A stretch of DNA of 64,000 nucleotides from Candidatus Eremiobacteria bacterium (GCA_963737065.1 CAVTRC010000001.1:640001-704000); one strand, 5' to 3'. Shown: positions 1 through 9,813, numbered from the stretch's first letter. Numbers and translations: made by a program. The notes: generated from the sequence alone by a model not told the origin.

Positions 1-1
1 A

Positions 2-310
2 AAGGATGAGATGTTGCGCGATTATACGTTACTCTCCACCGGCGACGACGGCGCGGTATCGCGATTCGTATTCTCGCCAAAGGCGCCGAACGGCCGCGTT
101 CAATCCGTTTCCATTGCGGTAACGGATGCAACGCGATTGATCCACGATGCGCGCTGGAAATACGCGAACGGCAGTTCGCTCGTGATTACGCCACAGTTCG
201 AAAACGTCCGCGGGTATCATCTCGCTCTGCGCGAGGATATCGCAGCGCGATTTCCCGGCTACAGCGTCGACGCAACGCTTAACTTATCGAACTACACGTT
301 TGCGCGGTAA
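2..310 (+). CDS. 3' part of a hypothetical protein (beta-rich, possibly LolA-like fold), truncated by the window start
   Basis: Frame is open from base 2 to TAA at 308-310; protein-like composition; no diagnostic motif. Confidence 0.5.
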   Translation, partial: KDEMLRDYTLLSTGDDGAVSRFVFSPKAPNGRVQSVSIAVTDATRLIHDARWKYANGSSLVITPQFENVRGYHLALREDIAARFPGYSVDATLNLSNYTFAR

Positions 311-329
311 TCTTCGTGCGAATCGGACA

Positions 330-944
330 CTATGCTTGACGGCGTTCGGCGCGCTTGCGCAGTACGAGCCACAGCGCAACCATGACGAGCACGGCGCCGG
401 CGGCGACGAACAGGCCGCCTTTGTGCAACAGCGGTGTAAGCGAGTCGATATGATCGCCGGCTTCGAATCCGACCAGCACGAGCAAACCGCAGAAACCGAG
501 TGAACCGAGCGCATACCATAAATAGAACTGCGCGAGGTTCATTTCCGCGAGACCGGCCGGAATGGAAACGACCCCGCGAATGAACGGAACGAACCGGCAA
601 ATGAAGATCGCGAAGCTGCCGTAACGTTCGAAGAATCCGTGTACCCGATTCAAATTCTCGTGTGTGAGGTGCACGAATCTGCCATACTTATCGATCAGCG
701 GTCGCCCCCCGAAACGCCCGATTAGGTAACCGGCCGTTGCGCCTGCGAGTTCTCCGATCACCGTGATGACGATCGTGAGCCAAAGACTTGCGAGGTGACC
801 CGTGGCCGTGAGCGCCCCGGAGAGCGGCAACACGACTTCGCTGCCGATTGGCGCGCCGATGTTTCCGAGCGCCATGACGATGAAGAGGCCGCCGTATCCA
901 TAATGATCCACGAGCGAGACAATGACATCCTGGAGATGCGCCAA
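330..944 (-). CDS. DedA family membrane protein
   Basis: PIGSEVVL, GY.IGRFGGR and FICRFVPFIRGVVSIPAG DedA motifs; hydrophobic segments. Confidence 0.92.
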   Translation of the reverse strand: MAHLQDVIVSLVDHYGYGGLFIVMALGNIGAPIGSEVVLPLSGALTATGHLASLWLTIVITVIGELAGATAGYLIGRFGGRPLIDKYGRFVHLTHENLNRVHGFFERYGSFAIFICRFVPFIRGVVSIPAGLAEMNLAQFYLWYALGSLGFCGLLVLVGFEAGDHIDSLTPLLHKGGLFVAAGAVLVMVALWLVLRKRAERRQA

Positions 945-947
945 GGG

Positions 948-1346
948 TTACTCCGCCGGGGTTGCCGACTGCGCGGCACGCCGCAAAACTTCCGCCGCTA
1001 AACTTCCGCCTTCGGCCCGCAATGCGACGAGAAGGTCTGCCGGTTCCACGGGCCGCTCACCGGCGTGCTCTTCGGCGAGTGCGACGATTTTACGGACGCG
1101 CGGCGTGACGAGAATCCCTTCCCACAATCGGTCTTCCGCGGCGCCGAGCGCGCGGCGAATTTCCGCGTGCAGTTCCCGAATATCGATGCCCGACGTTTTC
1201 AAGTCTTCGAAAATTTGCGCGTCGCGTTCTTCGAGCAGCGCGAGCATCAGGTGCTCGGCACCAACGTAGTACTGATTGTGGTTACGGCACTCTTGCTCTG
1301 CTGCACGCAGCACGCGCTTCGACGCCGGACTAAATCTCGCGAACAC
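948..1346 (-). CDS. Stand-alone Clp N-terminal (repeat) domain protein, no AAA+ module
   Basis: MFARFS...VL..A..E..., YVGAEHLMLALL and TPRVRKIVALA resemble the ClpC N-domain; ends after 132 aa; AAGGGA RBS before GTG. Confidence 0.85.
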   Translation of the reverse strand: MFARFSPASKRVLRAAEQECRNHNQYYVGAEHLMLALLEERDAQIFEDLKTSGIDIRELHAEIRRALGAAEDRLWEGILVTPRVRKIVALAEEHAGERPVEPADLLVALRAEGGSLAAEVLRRAAQSATPAE

Positions 1347-1365
1347 GATCCCTTAACAATCAGAT

Positions 1366-1397
1366 GGGGCTCGCGACGGGTCTCCGTCGCAAGCCCC
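1366..1397 (-). terminator. GC-rich hairpin downstream of tRNA-Pro (terminator or processing hairpin)
   Basis: Minus strand GGGGCTTGCGACGG-AGAC-CCGTCGCGAGCCCC, 14-bp stem with one G-U; only a weak U tract. Confidence 0.45.
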
Positions 1398-1429
1398 AGT
1401 GGTTCGGCTAGCAAACCCTGTTGAAACTA

Positions 1430-1503
1430 TCGGGGCGACTGGATTCGAACCAGCGACCTCTTCGTCCCGAACGAAGCGCTCTACCAAGCTGAGCCACGCC
1501 CCG
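1430..1503 (-). tRNA. tRNA-Pro (anticodon CGG), CCA not encoded
   Basis: CGGGGCGTGGCTCAGCTTGGTAGAGCGCTTCGTTCGGGACGAAGAGGTCGCTGGTTCGAATCCAGTCGCCCCGA: acceptor stem, D loop, anticodon arm CTTCG-TTCGGGA-CGAAG, TTCGAAT T loop. Confidence 0.97.
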
Positions 1504-1606
1504 GCAAAACTCCCGTTAATTCTGATCTTCAGGGGCTCCTCCTTCAGTAGTCTCATGGAATTCACAGGGGAGCTACAGGACGCGCAAAGAACGCTACTCC
1601 TCGCTC

Positions 1607-2278
1607 ATGAGATACCTTATCGTCGGGTGCGGTCGCGTCGGCTCCGCGCTCGCGAAGTTACTCGACGCAGACGGTCATGAAGTGATCGTCGTCGATGAGA
1701 ATCCAGCCGCTTTCAAGCGCTTGGGCGCAAAATTCAAAGGTCACGTCGTCGTCGGTACCGGTATCGACTATGACCTTCTCAAACGATCGGGCGCTCAAAG
1801 CTCCGACGGCTTCGTTGCGGTTACCGACGGCGACAACCGCAACATCATGGCCGCGCTGATCGCACAGCGCATGTTCAAAATTCCACGCGTCGTCTGTCGG
1901 ATCTACGATCCGCCACGCGGACAAATGTATCGTGAACTCGGCGTGCAAACGGTCGTGCCGACGACCGTCGGTGCAAAGCTAATTCGCGACACGTTAATGG
2001 AAGCGCCGTGGGATCCCATGCATTCGTTTGATTTCGGAAAACTCACGTCGCTATCAGCGGTGATCGGTAACCCGCACGCCGGAGCACGCGTCGCGGATCT
2101 CGAGCGAGAGGGGCTCGTGCGAATCGGTGCCGTTCGCCGCGGCACCTCCGTGTTCGTCGCTTGCAACGATACGCTTCTTGAAGAAGGCGACGAGATCAAC
2201 GCGATCGTCGCGCCCGAAGCGATCAGCGAATTCGCAAAGATGTTCCACGGCGCAACACCGGAAGCAAAAACGGCATAA
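1607..2278 (+). CDS. trkA: TrkA/KtrA-family potassium-uptake regulatory protein (RCK_N + RCK_C)
   Basis: IVGCGRVGS Rossmann motif, VAVTDGDNRN, C-terminal RCK_C ending LEEGDEI. Confidence 0.9.
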   Translation: MRYLIVGCGRVGSALAKLLDADGHEVIVVDENPAAFKRLGAKFKGHVVVGTGIDYDLLKRSGAQSSDGFVAVTDGDNRNIMAALIAQRMFKIPRVVCRIYDPPRGQMYRELGVQTVVPTTVGAKLIRDTLMEAPWDPMHSFDFGKLTSLSAVIGNPHAGARVADLEREGLVRIGAVRRGTSVFVACNDTLLEEGDEINAIVAPEAISEFAKMFHGATPEAKTA

Positions 2279-2288
2279 GAACGCAAAC

Positions 2289-2984
2289 ATGTTTATCATC
2301 ATCGTCGGCGGCGGAAAAGTCGGTTCCTACTTGACGCGCGCGCTGCTGAATCAGAATCACGAAGTCGTCGTCGTCGAAAAGAACGATAAAAAAGCCAAAC
2401 AACTCGACACGCTTATCGACCGTCAAGTAACAATGGCAGGCGACGGCTGCGATCCGTTCGTCCTGGAGGCCGCCGGCGTCGCGCGCGCGGACGTTGTCGT
2501 GGCTGATACCGGAGACGATGAAGACAATCTCGTCGTAGTGCTGCTCACGAAGAAAAAATCGAAAGCGCGTTGCATCGCCCGCGTGAACAACCCGCGCAAT
2601 AGACAAATTTTTGATTCCCTCGACCCCGAAGACCCCGTCACGGTCATCTCATCCACCGAGATCATCCTTGACGTCCTGAACGAGCACGTCAACGCCGCGA
2701 GCTACTCGGCAGCCCTCGAAACGATGCATCTCTTCGGACGCGGAAATTTGAGCCTAGTTCGGATAAGTGTACCCGAGGGTTCACCCGCCGCCGGACGCAC
2801 AATCTCCGAAATCGCACTTCCGCGCAATAGCGTGCTCGTCGCAATCGAACGCGAGCAGGTGGAAGACATGCTAATCCCAACCGGCGACACGCAACTACAG
2901 CCCCGCGATCGCATCGTGGCCGTCGTGAAGAACGGCGCCGGCGAAAAGCTGCAAGCGATCTTCGCGGACGGCAAACGCCGCTGA
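2289..2984 (+). CDS. trkA: Second TrkA-family RCK protein
   Basis: ATG 2289; IIVGGGKVGS, GDGCDP..LE.AG, TGDDEDNL, ARVNNPRN, IPTGDTQLQPRD. Confidence 0.9.
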   Translation: MFIIIVGGGKVGSYLTRALLNQNHEVVVVEKNDKKAKQLDTLIDRQVTMAGDGCDPFVLEAAGVARADVVVADTGDDEDNLVVVLLTKKKSKARCIARVNNPRNRQIFDSLDPEDPVTVISSTEIILDVLNEHVNAASYSAALETMHLFGRGNLSLVRISVPEGSPAAGRTISEIALPRNSVLVAIEREQVEDMLIPTGDTQLQPRDRIVAVVKNGAGEKLQAIFADGKRR

Positions 2985-3004
2985 CGTTGCGCGACAACGG
3001 AAGG

Positions 3005-3850
3005 ATGCACTTCGGCACGTTTGCGGCTGCGATCGTGCTGTATTGTTGTGCCGGCGCCGTACCGGCGATCGCTCAAACACCCCCCTCACCGTCGCCCGCA
3101 GCTACTACGACGCCGGTGCCCGACCCGTGCGGCTCAATCATCTCAATTGTCACCCGTCCATCGGTGTCGACGAGCGTCTGTACCGTACGTGAGGGACACG
3201 CCGACGTCGAAAACGGCTATACGAATAGCACGACGACGGGCTCCGGTGGCGGCAGCACGATAAGTTACCCGCAGTCGCTCGTCCGCGTGGGCGTCGGCCC
3301 ACACATGGAAATATCGTTTTCGCCGCCATCGTTCAACCGTACGTCGGTCGGCGGCGCGATCGCGTCCGGATCGAGCGATATGAGCGGCGGCGTCAAGTGG
3401 GAGCTCGGATACAACGCGAAGGCATCCTGGGGTGCTAACGTGCAGGTCTCCGCGCCGACAGGCGATCCCGCGTTTACCGCGGGCGCGACACAATACACCG
3501 GAAACGTGAATTGGTCGTATACGCTGAGCCCGGTATGGAGCGCGAGCGGTACGCTCGGTTTTAACTCTTTGTCAGCCCTCAATGCCGGCGGACGATACCA
3601 AAGCTACGGCGTGTTCATACCGTCCATAGTTCTCACGCTGTCCTTGCCCGCCGGGTCTGCCGCCTTCGGAGAATACGCATACTTCAGCCACGCAGGCCCT
3701 GGACTCGCGGCACGCAGCGTGATCGACTTTGGCTACGTGCACGATCTCGGGTCGCACGTCCAACTTGATGTGGAGTACGGTTTTCAGCCCACACTCATCA
3801 ACGGTCAAAGGTCACACTACGTCGGAGCCGGCGTGTCGTTCATGAACTAA
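3005..3850 (+). CDS. Outer-membrane beta-barrel transporter (MetA-pathway/phenol-degradation-like)
   Basis: Signal peptide, Pro-rich linker, TRPS motif, SAPTG, alternating beta strands, terminal YVGAGVSF. Confidence 0.7.
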   Translation: MHFGTFAAAIVLYCCAGAVPAIAQTPPSPSPAATTTPVPDPCGSIISIVTRPSVSTSVCTVREGHADVENGYTNSTTTGSGGGSTISYPQSLVRVGVGPHMEISFSPPSFNRTSVGGAIASGSSDMSGGVKWELGYNAKASWGANVQVSAPTGDPAFTAGATQYTGNVNWSYTLSPVWSASGTLGFNSLSALNAGGRYQSYGVFIPSIVLTLSLPAGSAAFGEYAYFSHAGPGLAARSVIDFGYVHDLGSHVQLDVEYGFQPTLINGQRSHYVGAGVSFMN

Positions 3851-4952
3851 TACTCCTGCGTGCCCGCACGCGCCCGGCGCGCGAAACGACCGCCGGTACG
3901 GTCAGCGTACTCGAGATAATCGTCACAATCGCGACGGTGAAGCTCGCGATAACGATCGCTTCGCGGTCGGGGACATCGAGCGGTAGCGCGATCGCAAGTG
4001 CGAGCGAGAGCGCCCCGCGCAATCCCGCGACGCGAACGACGGCGAGCCACTGCCGAGGAAAGCGGGCAGGCAGCAAGAGCACGGAGATCGCTGCACGAGC
4101 GATTGCTACGCCGGCCAGTGCGGCGATAACGAACGTAATGCTGCCGGCAATTCGCGCCACCGAAAGCGCCGCTCCGATGAGAAAAAAAACGACGACATTG
4201 GCGATCAGCGCGGCGACGTCCCAAAACCGGTCAACATCGTCAGCGAGCGCTACGGTAACCCACCTCCGCTCGAAGTAGCGCAGCGCGATGCCGCACGAAA
4301 TAACGGCAAAGATGCCCGAGATGTGAACCAACTCGCCGGCAAAGTACGTCCCGTACGTGCAAACGACCGTCGTGAGAATTTGAAGGATCGCGCTATTTCG
4401 ATTTCGCAGCGTTCGTGCCGCCAAAAAGGCGACGCTTATCCCGAATGCGATTCCGGCAAGGGAACCAACAAGTGCAGACAACGAGGTAAACGCGACGTGC
4501 CCAGGCGTTAGGTTTGCGCTCATCACGATGGCGAGAACCGCCCGATACAGCACAACGGCGACTGCATCGTTGAAGAGCGATTCGCATTCCACGATCGTGC
4601 GAAGCGTACGTGGTACCGGCAATCGCCGGAAGACGGCGACGACCGCGATCGGGTCCGTTGCACTCAAGATCGCACCCGCGAGGAGTGCGGCTGGGAACGG
4701 CGCGCCGGCGATCGACAATGCCGCGGCAATAATGAGCGCCGTGAGTGCGACCCCGGGGACAACCAGAATAAAAATCGCGCGCCATTGACGCCGCATTGCA
4801 CGATAATCGAGATTCCATGCGGCCTCGAAGAGGAGCGCGGGTAATAGCGCGTAGAGCGTGATTGAACGAAAGGCGTCCGTCAGTTGTCCGGGCGCGAAGA
4901 CTCCGTACGCGACGCCGGCCGCCGTGACCGCCGCAATCTGCCACAGCTTCAA
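3840..4952 (-). CDS. CPA1 cation:proton (Na+/H+) antiporter, membrane domain only
   Basis: LLPALLFEAA, ILSATDPIAV, CESLFNDAVAVV, GLRGALSLALA; TTG start overlaps the upstream TGA. Confidence 0.9.
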   Translation of the reverse strand: MKLWQIAAVTAAGVAYGVFAPGQLTDAFRSITLYALLPALLFEAAWNLDYRAMRRQWRAIFILVVPGVALTALIIAAALSIAGAPFPAALLAGAILSATDPIAVVAVFRRLPVPRTLRTIVECESLFNDAVAVVLYRAVLAIVMSANLTPGHVAFTSLSALVGSLAGIAFGISVAFLAARTLRNRNSAILQILTTVVCTYGTYFAGELVHISGIFAVISCGIALRYFERRWVTVALADDVDRFWDVAALIANVVVFFLIGAALSVARIAGSITFVIAALAGVAIARAAISVLLLPARFPRQWLAVVRVAGLRGALSLALAIALPLDVPDREAIVIASFTVAIVTIISSTLTVPAVVSRAGRVRARRSISS

Positions 4953-6157
4953 TGCGTGTGCGTGAAGTTTCCGATGCCGATGCCGCACGCGGCGATCGCG
5001 TCGATTGCCGCGCGCATTCCCGTAACGCGGCGCGGGCGCCGGACGGCGCTGAAGTACCAGTCGGGATCGATATTCAGCGTTCGCGTTTGAACCATCGCTA
5101 CGCGCACATCGCGAAGGAATGAAGTCATCGCCGAAACTTCCTCTTCCTCGTCGGTGATTCCGGGGTGCGTAAGCAGGTTCAAGCTCACGCGCAATCCGCG
5201 CGATACCGCGAGGCGGATCGAATCGAGCACGTCGTGTAATCCGTATCCGATAGGACGATAGTATGCCTTGTAGACGCGGGGACGAAAGGAGTTGAGGCTG
5301 ATTCGAACCGCCTGGAGTCCTGCATCGATACAACGTTCAAGCGCGGACGGCATGCTGCCGTTGGTATTGAGATTGATCGTTCCATTTCTGCGCGCGTCGC
5401 GGATGTTTTCGATCGCGCGCGCGATCGTTAACGAGCGCAAGAGCGGTTCGCCTTCGCAGCCCTGACCGAACGAGACGATTCCGTGCTCGACGCGTTCCAA
5501 ATGGTGGATCGCGACGCGCGCGAGTTCATCGGCCGTCGTTTCGTACGTGATGCGTGATTGGGGCGACTCCAAGCCCGCTTCCGGTTCCTGCTCGGAAATG
5601 CAGCCGACGCAACGCGCATTGCACTTCGGGGATACGGGAAGTGCCGCTTCACCGCGTTCGAGAAACACGTTCTGCGCCGTGAAGCATCCGTACTCACGCG
5701 AACACAGCGCGACTTGGGCGAGCGCGCGGTTTCCCGGGTCGCGAGCGATGCGCTCGTGAAGGAGCCGCTCGAGTTGACCTTGCGCAAAATACCGCGGCTG
5801 CCAATCCTCGCTCTCGTCGGTCTGCATCGCGGCGACGTAGAGCGCGTCATCAACGACGCATGCGAACGTGTACCCGAAGAGCGGCAGCGTCGGCGCAGTC
5901 TCTTCTTTTGCGTACGCTGGAACGAGTAGACGCGTGTAACCTGCGGGAAGAATTGCGGCGACGGCATACTCGTCGGCGGATCCGCCGTGCACCGTTAGCA
6001 CGCGACGCCCGGGCAACATCATTTCGACCGTTCCCGGCGGCGCGGGGATCAGTTCGTCGCGCCGCGGCTCGCGAACGATTCCTCCGTCGGCAAGCGGCGT
6101 TCGCGTGTCATCGTAGTAGATGCGCCCTTCACGGTCGCAATACGCAAGGCCGATCAT
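4949..6157 (-). CDS. Radical SAM protein of unknown function
   Basis: CNARCVGC (CxxxCxxC), SFGQGCEGEPL, LNTNGS, VRISLNS. Confidence 0.9.
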   Translation of the reverse strand: MIGLAYCDREGRIYYDDTRTPLADGGIVREPRRDELIPAPPGTVEMMLPGRRVLTVHGGSADEYAVAAILPAGYTRLLVPAYAKEETAPTLPLFGYTFACVVDDALYVAAMQTDESEDWQPRYFAQGQLERLLHERIARDPGNRALAQVALCSREYGCFTAQNVFLERGEAALPVSPKCNARCVGCISEQEPEAGLESPQSRITYETTADELARVAIHHLERVEHGIVSFGQGCEGEPLLRSLTIARAIENIRDARRNGTINLNTNGSMPSALERCIDAGLQAVRISLNSFRPRVYKAYYRPIGYGLHDVLDSIRLAVSRGLRVSLNLLTHPGITDEEEEVSAMTSFLRDVRVAMVQTRTLNIDPDWYFSAVRRPRRVTGMRAAIDAIAACGIGIGNFTHTH

Positions 6158-6160
6158 CGC

Positions 6161-6958
6161 TCACACGCGGTCGGTGACGCGCACGGTGATCGTCGTGTCG
6201 AAAACGTGCTCGGCAGGCCCCGTCATAAACGCACGTCCCGCCGCATCGATTGCGACGAGCAAATCGCCGCCCGGCACATGGATCGCGACCGGCGAAACGA
6301 CGCCTCCGCGCGCGATACCGGCCGCCGCGCATGCCACCGCGCCCGTTCCACAAGCCAGCGTGAATCCCGCACCGCGCTCGTAATGGCGCACCCGCATCGC
6401 GTGCCGGTCGTCGATCACCGCGACATGAATGTTTGTGCCGGCGGAAAACACCGCGTCGCGCTGGAGGTCTTCACCCAAAGCGACGAGATCAGCATCGTCA
6501 AGCGATGAACGAAAGAGCACGACGTGCGGGTTACCAACATCGACGGCGACCGCATCACCGATCGGAACTGCGACATCGAGCAGACGCGGGGCGCCGATTT
6601 CGACACGCACGCGATAAATTTCGCCGCGATCGATCACCGACGTGTGAATCGGTCCCGCCGCTGTTTCAATGACCAAACTGGCGCCTTCGCCCCGTTCGTC
6701 GAGATAGCGCGCGACGCAGCGAACGCCGTTGCCGCACATTTCCGCTTCACTCCCATCCGCGTTGATGACGCGCATCGACGCGCTCGCGCTCGATGAATCG
6801 CCGATGACCAGTAGGCCGTCGGCACCGATACCCGTGTGGCGATCGCAGAGACGGCGCGCGAGCGCGGCAAAATCGTCAAAAGAGAGTGCTCGCGCATCCA
6901 AGACGATGAAGTCGTTGCGCGCGCCGTGCATTTTCGTCACGGCAACGCGTTGGTTCAC
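6161..6958 (-). CDS. dapF: Diaminopimelate epimerase
   Basis: KMHGARNDF, GIGADG, NADGSEAEMCGNG, GNPH, ERGAGFTLACGTG; GTG overlaps the hfq stop. Confidence 0.96.
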   Translation of the reverse strand: MNQRVAVTKMHGARNDFIVLDARALSFDDFAALARRLCDRHTGIGADGLLVIGDSSSASASMRVINADGSEAEMCGNGVRCVARYLDERGEGASLVIETAAGPIHTSVIDRGEIYRVRVEIGAPRLLDVAVPIGDAVAVDVGNPHVVLFRSSLDDADLVALGEDLQRDAVFSAGTNIHVAVIDDRHAMRVRHYERGAGFTLACGTGAVACAAAGIARGGVVSPVAIHVPGGDLLVAIDAAGRAFMTGPAEHVFDTTITVRVTDRV

Positions 6959-7203
6959 GACGAAACGCCGCTCTCCACGACCGGCGGTTCCGGCGCGACC
7001 GCCACGGCAGCCGATGGCGAAATCGTGGAAATTGCGTGCTTGTAGATCAAGTGCGTTTTCCGCTCGTATTCGAGCAGCACCGTGAATGGATCGAAGCCCT
7101 TCACCGTCCCGCGCAATTGAAAGCCGTTCATCAGGTACACCGTAACCTGCGTGCCGGCGCGTCTGCATTCGGCGAGAAACGTGTCCTGAAGGCTGATCGC
7201 CAT
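6955..7203 (-). CDS. hfq: RNA chaperone Hfq
   Basis: LQDTFL...VTVYLMNGFQLRG...FDPFTVLL...LIYKHAISTI (Sm1/Sm2); lies after miaA. Confidence 0.96.
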   Translation of the reverse strand: MAISLQDTFLAECRRAGTQVTVYLMNGFQLRGTVKGFDPFTVLLEYERKTHLIYKHAISTISPSAAVAVAPEPPVVESGVSS

Positions 7204-7213
7204 ACGGGTCCGT

Positions 7214-8101
7214 TTAAGCCCAGCCGAGCAATTCCCTTGCCGCGCACTCGACGCCGTCAGACGGCAGCCAATGGGTCTCCGGCTCGCGGCGAAACCAGGC
7301 GCGTTGACGGCGCGCGTACCGGCGCGTAGCGCGCGCAAGCGTCGCGCGCAACTCTTCACACGTGCTCCATCCGCGCGCGTACGCGAGCGCTTGCGGATAA
7401 CCGAGGGCCGTCGCGGCAACCGCGTCCGCTCCGACGCGCTCCGCTTCGTCGACGAGTCCGTCGCGCAGCATTTCGTCGGTGCGCGACGCTATTCTTCGAT
7501 CGTTCTCCACCAGCGGCACGTCGAGAAAAATTTTCAGGAAGCGCGTTGCACGCTCGCCGGAAGCCGGCGAGGCATCGTGTGCGCTTTGCGGAGCAAGCGT
7601 AATCTCCAACGCGCGAAGGACACGATACGTATCTTGCGGATCGAGCGCTTCTGCTCGCATCGCGTCGTGACGGCGTAACCATTCGTGCAAAAACTCCGCC
7701 GGATGAGCCTTCGCCTCGAGCGCGAGCCGTTCTCGAAGCGCGTCATCATACTGCGCTGCAAGGCGAACGTCGCCGGTGAGCGCACGTACGTAAAAGCCGG
7801 TGCCGCCCACGACAATGACCCGACGGCCGCGCGCATGAATGTCGCGTATAATTGCCCGCGCCTCGCGCGCGAATCGTCCGGCGGAATACCGCTCGCGCGG
7901 CTCGAGAAAACCGATGAGATGGTGCGGAACATCGGCAAGCTGCTCGCGCGTCGGTGCCGCCGTGCCGATCGGCATATCGCGATACACTTGCCGGGAATCG
8001 GCTCCGATAATTTCAGCATCGAACGTCTTTGCGAGCGCGATCGCAAGATCCGTTTTCCCGCAGGCCGTTGGCCCGGCGAGCACGAGAACGCCGTCGCTCA
8101 C
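7214..8101 (-). CDS. miaA: tRNA dimethylallyltransferase
   Basis: GPTACGKT, DSRQVYRDMPIGTA, VPHHLI, VGGTGFY, TRRYARRQRAWFR; GTG overlaps the mutL stop. Confidence 0.96.
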   Translation of the reverse strand: MSDGVLVLAGPTACGKTDLAIALAKTFDAEIIGADSRQVYRDMPIGTAAPTREQLADVPHHLIGFLEPRERYSAGRFAREARAIIRDIHARGRRVIVVGGTGFYVRALTGDVRLAAQYDDALRERLALEAKAHPAEFLHEWLRRHDAMRAEALDPQDTYRVLRALEITLAPQSAHDASPASGERATRFLKIFLDVPLVENDRRIASRTDEMLRDGLVDEAERVGADAVAATALGYPQALAYARGWSTCEELRATLARATRRYARRQRAWFRREPETHWLPSDGVECAARELLGWA

Positions 8102-9789
8102 ATCCGTTTGAACATTTTCGCGAGGTCGTCGGGCGCGAGACGTACCATCGTCGGACGCCCGTGCGGGCAATGCATCGGGTTCGCACACACCTGCAGACGT
8201 TCGACGAGCGTCGTCATCTCTTCGGTTGCAAGGCGTTCGCCCGCAACGGTGACGGAGTGGCACGCGAGCGACGCCCAGACTCGTTCTCGAACGTCGCGCG
8301 CTTTCGCTTCGCCGGTCAAGTCTTCGAGGAAACCGGTCAGATCGAAGGCGCGCGCGCCGTAGCCGGCCGGTGTCGCCGTAATCCGGAACGTCTGTTCTCC
8401 GAACGGCTCGACCTCGAGTCCCGCTTCGCGCAGCATTTCACGCGCGCTTTCGAGTGCGACGGTCTGCGACGCATCGAGTTCCACGACGACCGGGACGAGC
8501 AACGGTTCAACGTGCGCACCCTCTAGCGCGCGCGACACAATGGTCTCGTATGCGATTCGCTCGTGCGCCGCATGCTGGTCGACGACGAGCAGTGAATCGC
8601 CGTCGCTAGCCAAGATATAGGTGCGGTGCAGCTGGGCCAATACGCGCAACCGGTGTCCCGGGACGTCCTGCGCATCAGCGGCAACGCCGTCATCGAAGAG
8701 CGATTGCACGTGCGCGAGCGACGCATCGATACCAGCCGGAGCGATCGACACGCGCGCGGACGGTACGGTGGCATCGCGAAACCGCTTCGTCGCATGGTTG
8801 CGTAGCGTCGCTGCGATCGCTCGCCGAACGGCGTCGAAAACTTGATTGCCGTAACGCAAGCGTACGTCGCTCTTCGTCGGGTGCACGTTTGGGTCAACGT
8901 GCCCGGGCGGAAGATCGAAGAACAGCACGCCGAACGGATGACGTCCGACCATTGCAAACGTCGAGTAGCCGGCGATCCACGCGCCCGCCATGAGCGTACT
9001 GCGCAACAGACGCCCGTTGACGAACAGCAATTGCATGCGCCGGTCCCCGCGATCGCTGCCGGGCGCGCTTATGAATCCGCGCACGCGGCCGTGCACCATG
9101 CGTGCGGCGTCGTCTTCGAGCGCAATCAGTGACGACGCGGCTTCCCTGCCGAACACCATGGCCAATCGCTCGCGGGCAGCGCCTGTCGACGGCATAATCC
9201 ATACGTCCTTGCCGTCGTGGCGGAGCGTGAACGTTACATGTGGATACGCGAGAGCGAACGTCGAGAGCCATGCTGAGATGCGCGTGAATTCCGCGCCGGC
9301 AGATTTAATAAACTCGCGACGTACCGGTACGTTTGCGAACAGCTCTTCCACGACGACGTGCGTTCCGCGAGGTGACGCCACCGGCTCGATGCCGTCGGCT
9401 CGTTCCGCATGCGCAAGCACGCGCGATCCGATCTCCGCATCGCGTGTCCGCGAACGCAGTTCGACGCGTGAGACGGCCGCGATCGATGCGAGGCCCTCAC
9501 CGCGAAACCCGAGCGTCGCAACCGTTTCCAGATCGGACGCGCCGGTAAGCTTGCTCGTTGCGTGCCGGCGCACCGCGAGCGGAAGCTCGTTCGGCGCAAT
9601 GCCGCGACCATCGTCAATAACCTCGATGCGATCGAGACCGCCGCGTTCGATGTTCACGGTCACGCGCGTCGCATCCGCATCGACCGCATTTTCGACGAGC
9701 TCCTTCACGACCGACTGCGGCCGTTCGATCACTTCTCCAGCCGCGATTTGGCCGATCGTCACCGGGTCGAGCAAACGGATCGTGGACAT
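8098..9789 (-). CDS. mutL: DNA mismatch repair endonuclease MutL
   Basis: IAAGEVIERP.SVVKELVENA, GFRGEGLASI, DQHAAHERI, ACH, CPHGRP. Confidence 0.98.
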   Translation of the reverse strand: MSTIRLLDPVTIGQIAAGEVIERPQSVVKELVENAVDADATRVTVNIERGGLDRIEVIDDGRGIAPNELPLAVRRHATSKLTGASDLETVATLGFRGEGLASIAAVSRVELRSRTRDAEIGSRVLAHAERADGIEPVASPRGTHVVVEELFANVPVRREFIKSAGAEFTRISAWLSTFALAYPHVTFTLRHDGKDVWIMPSTGAARERLAMVFGREAASSLIALEDDAARMVHGRVRGFISAPGSDRGDRRMQLLFVNGRLLRSTLMAGAWIAGYSTFAMVGRHPFGVLFFDLPPGHVDPNVHPTKSDVRLRYGNQVFDAVRRAIAATLRNHATKRFRDATVPSARVSIAPAGIDASLAHVQSLFDDGVAADAQDVPGHRLRVLAQLHRTYILASDGDSLLVVDQHAAHERIAYETIVSRALEGAHVEPLLVPVVVELDASQTVALESAREMLREAGLEVEPFGEQTFRITATPAGYGARAFDLTGFLEDLTGEAKARDVRERVWASLACHSVTVAGERLATEEMTTLVERLQVCANPMHCPHGRPTMVRLAPDDLAKMFKRM

Positions 9790-9813
9790 GGGTGCCGAAA
9801 ACGTTCACCAATC

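Noticed and set aside
1430..1503. tRNA-Pro as a possible integration site
   Set aside because: No integrase and no duplicated tRNA 3' end seen; flanks are housekeeping genes
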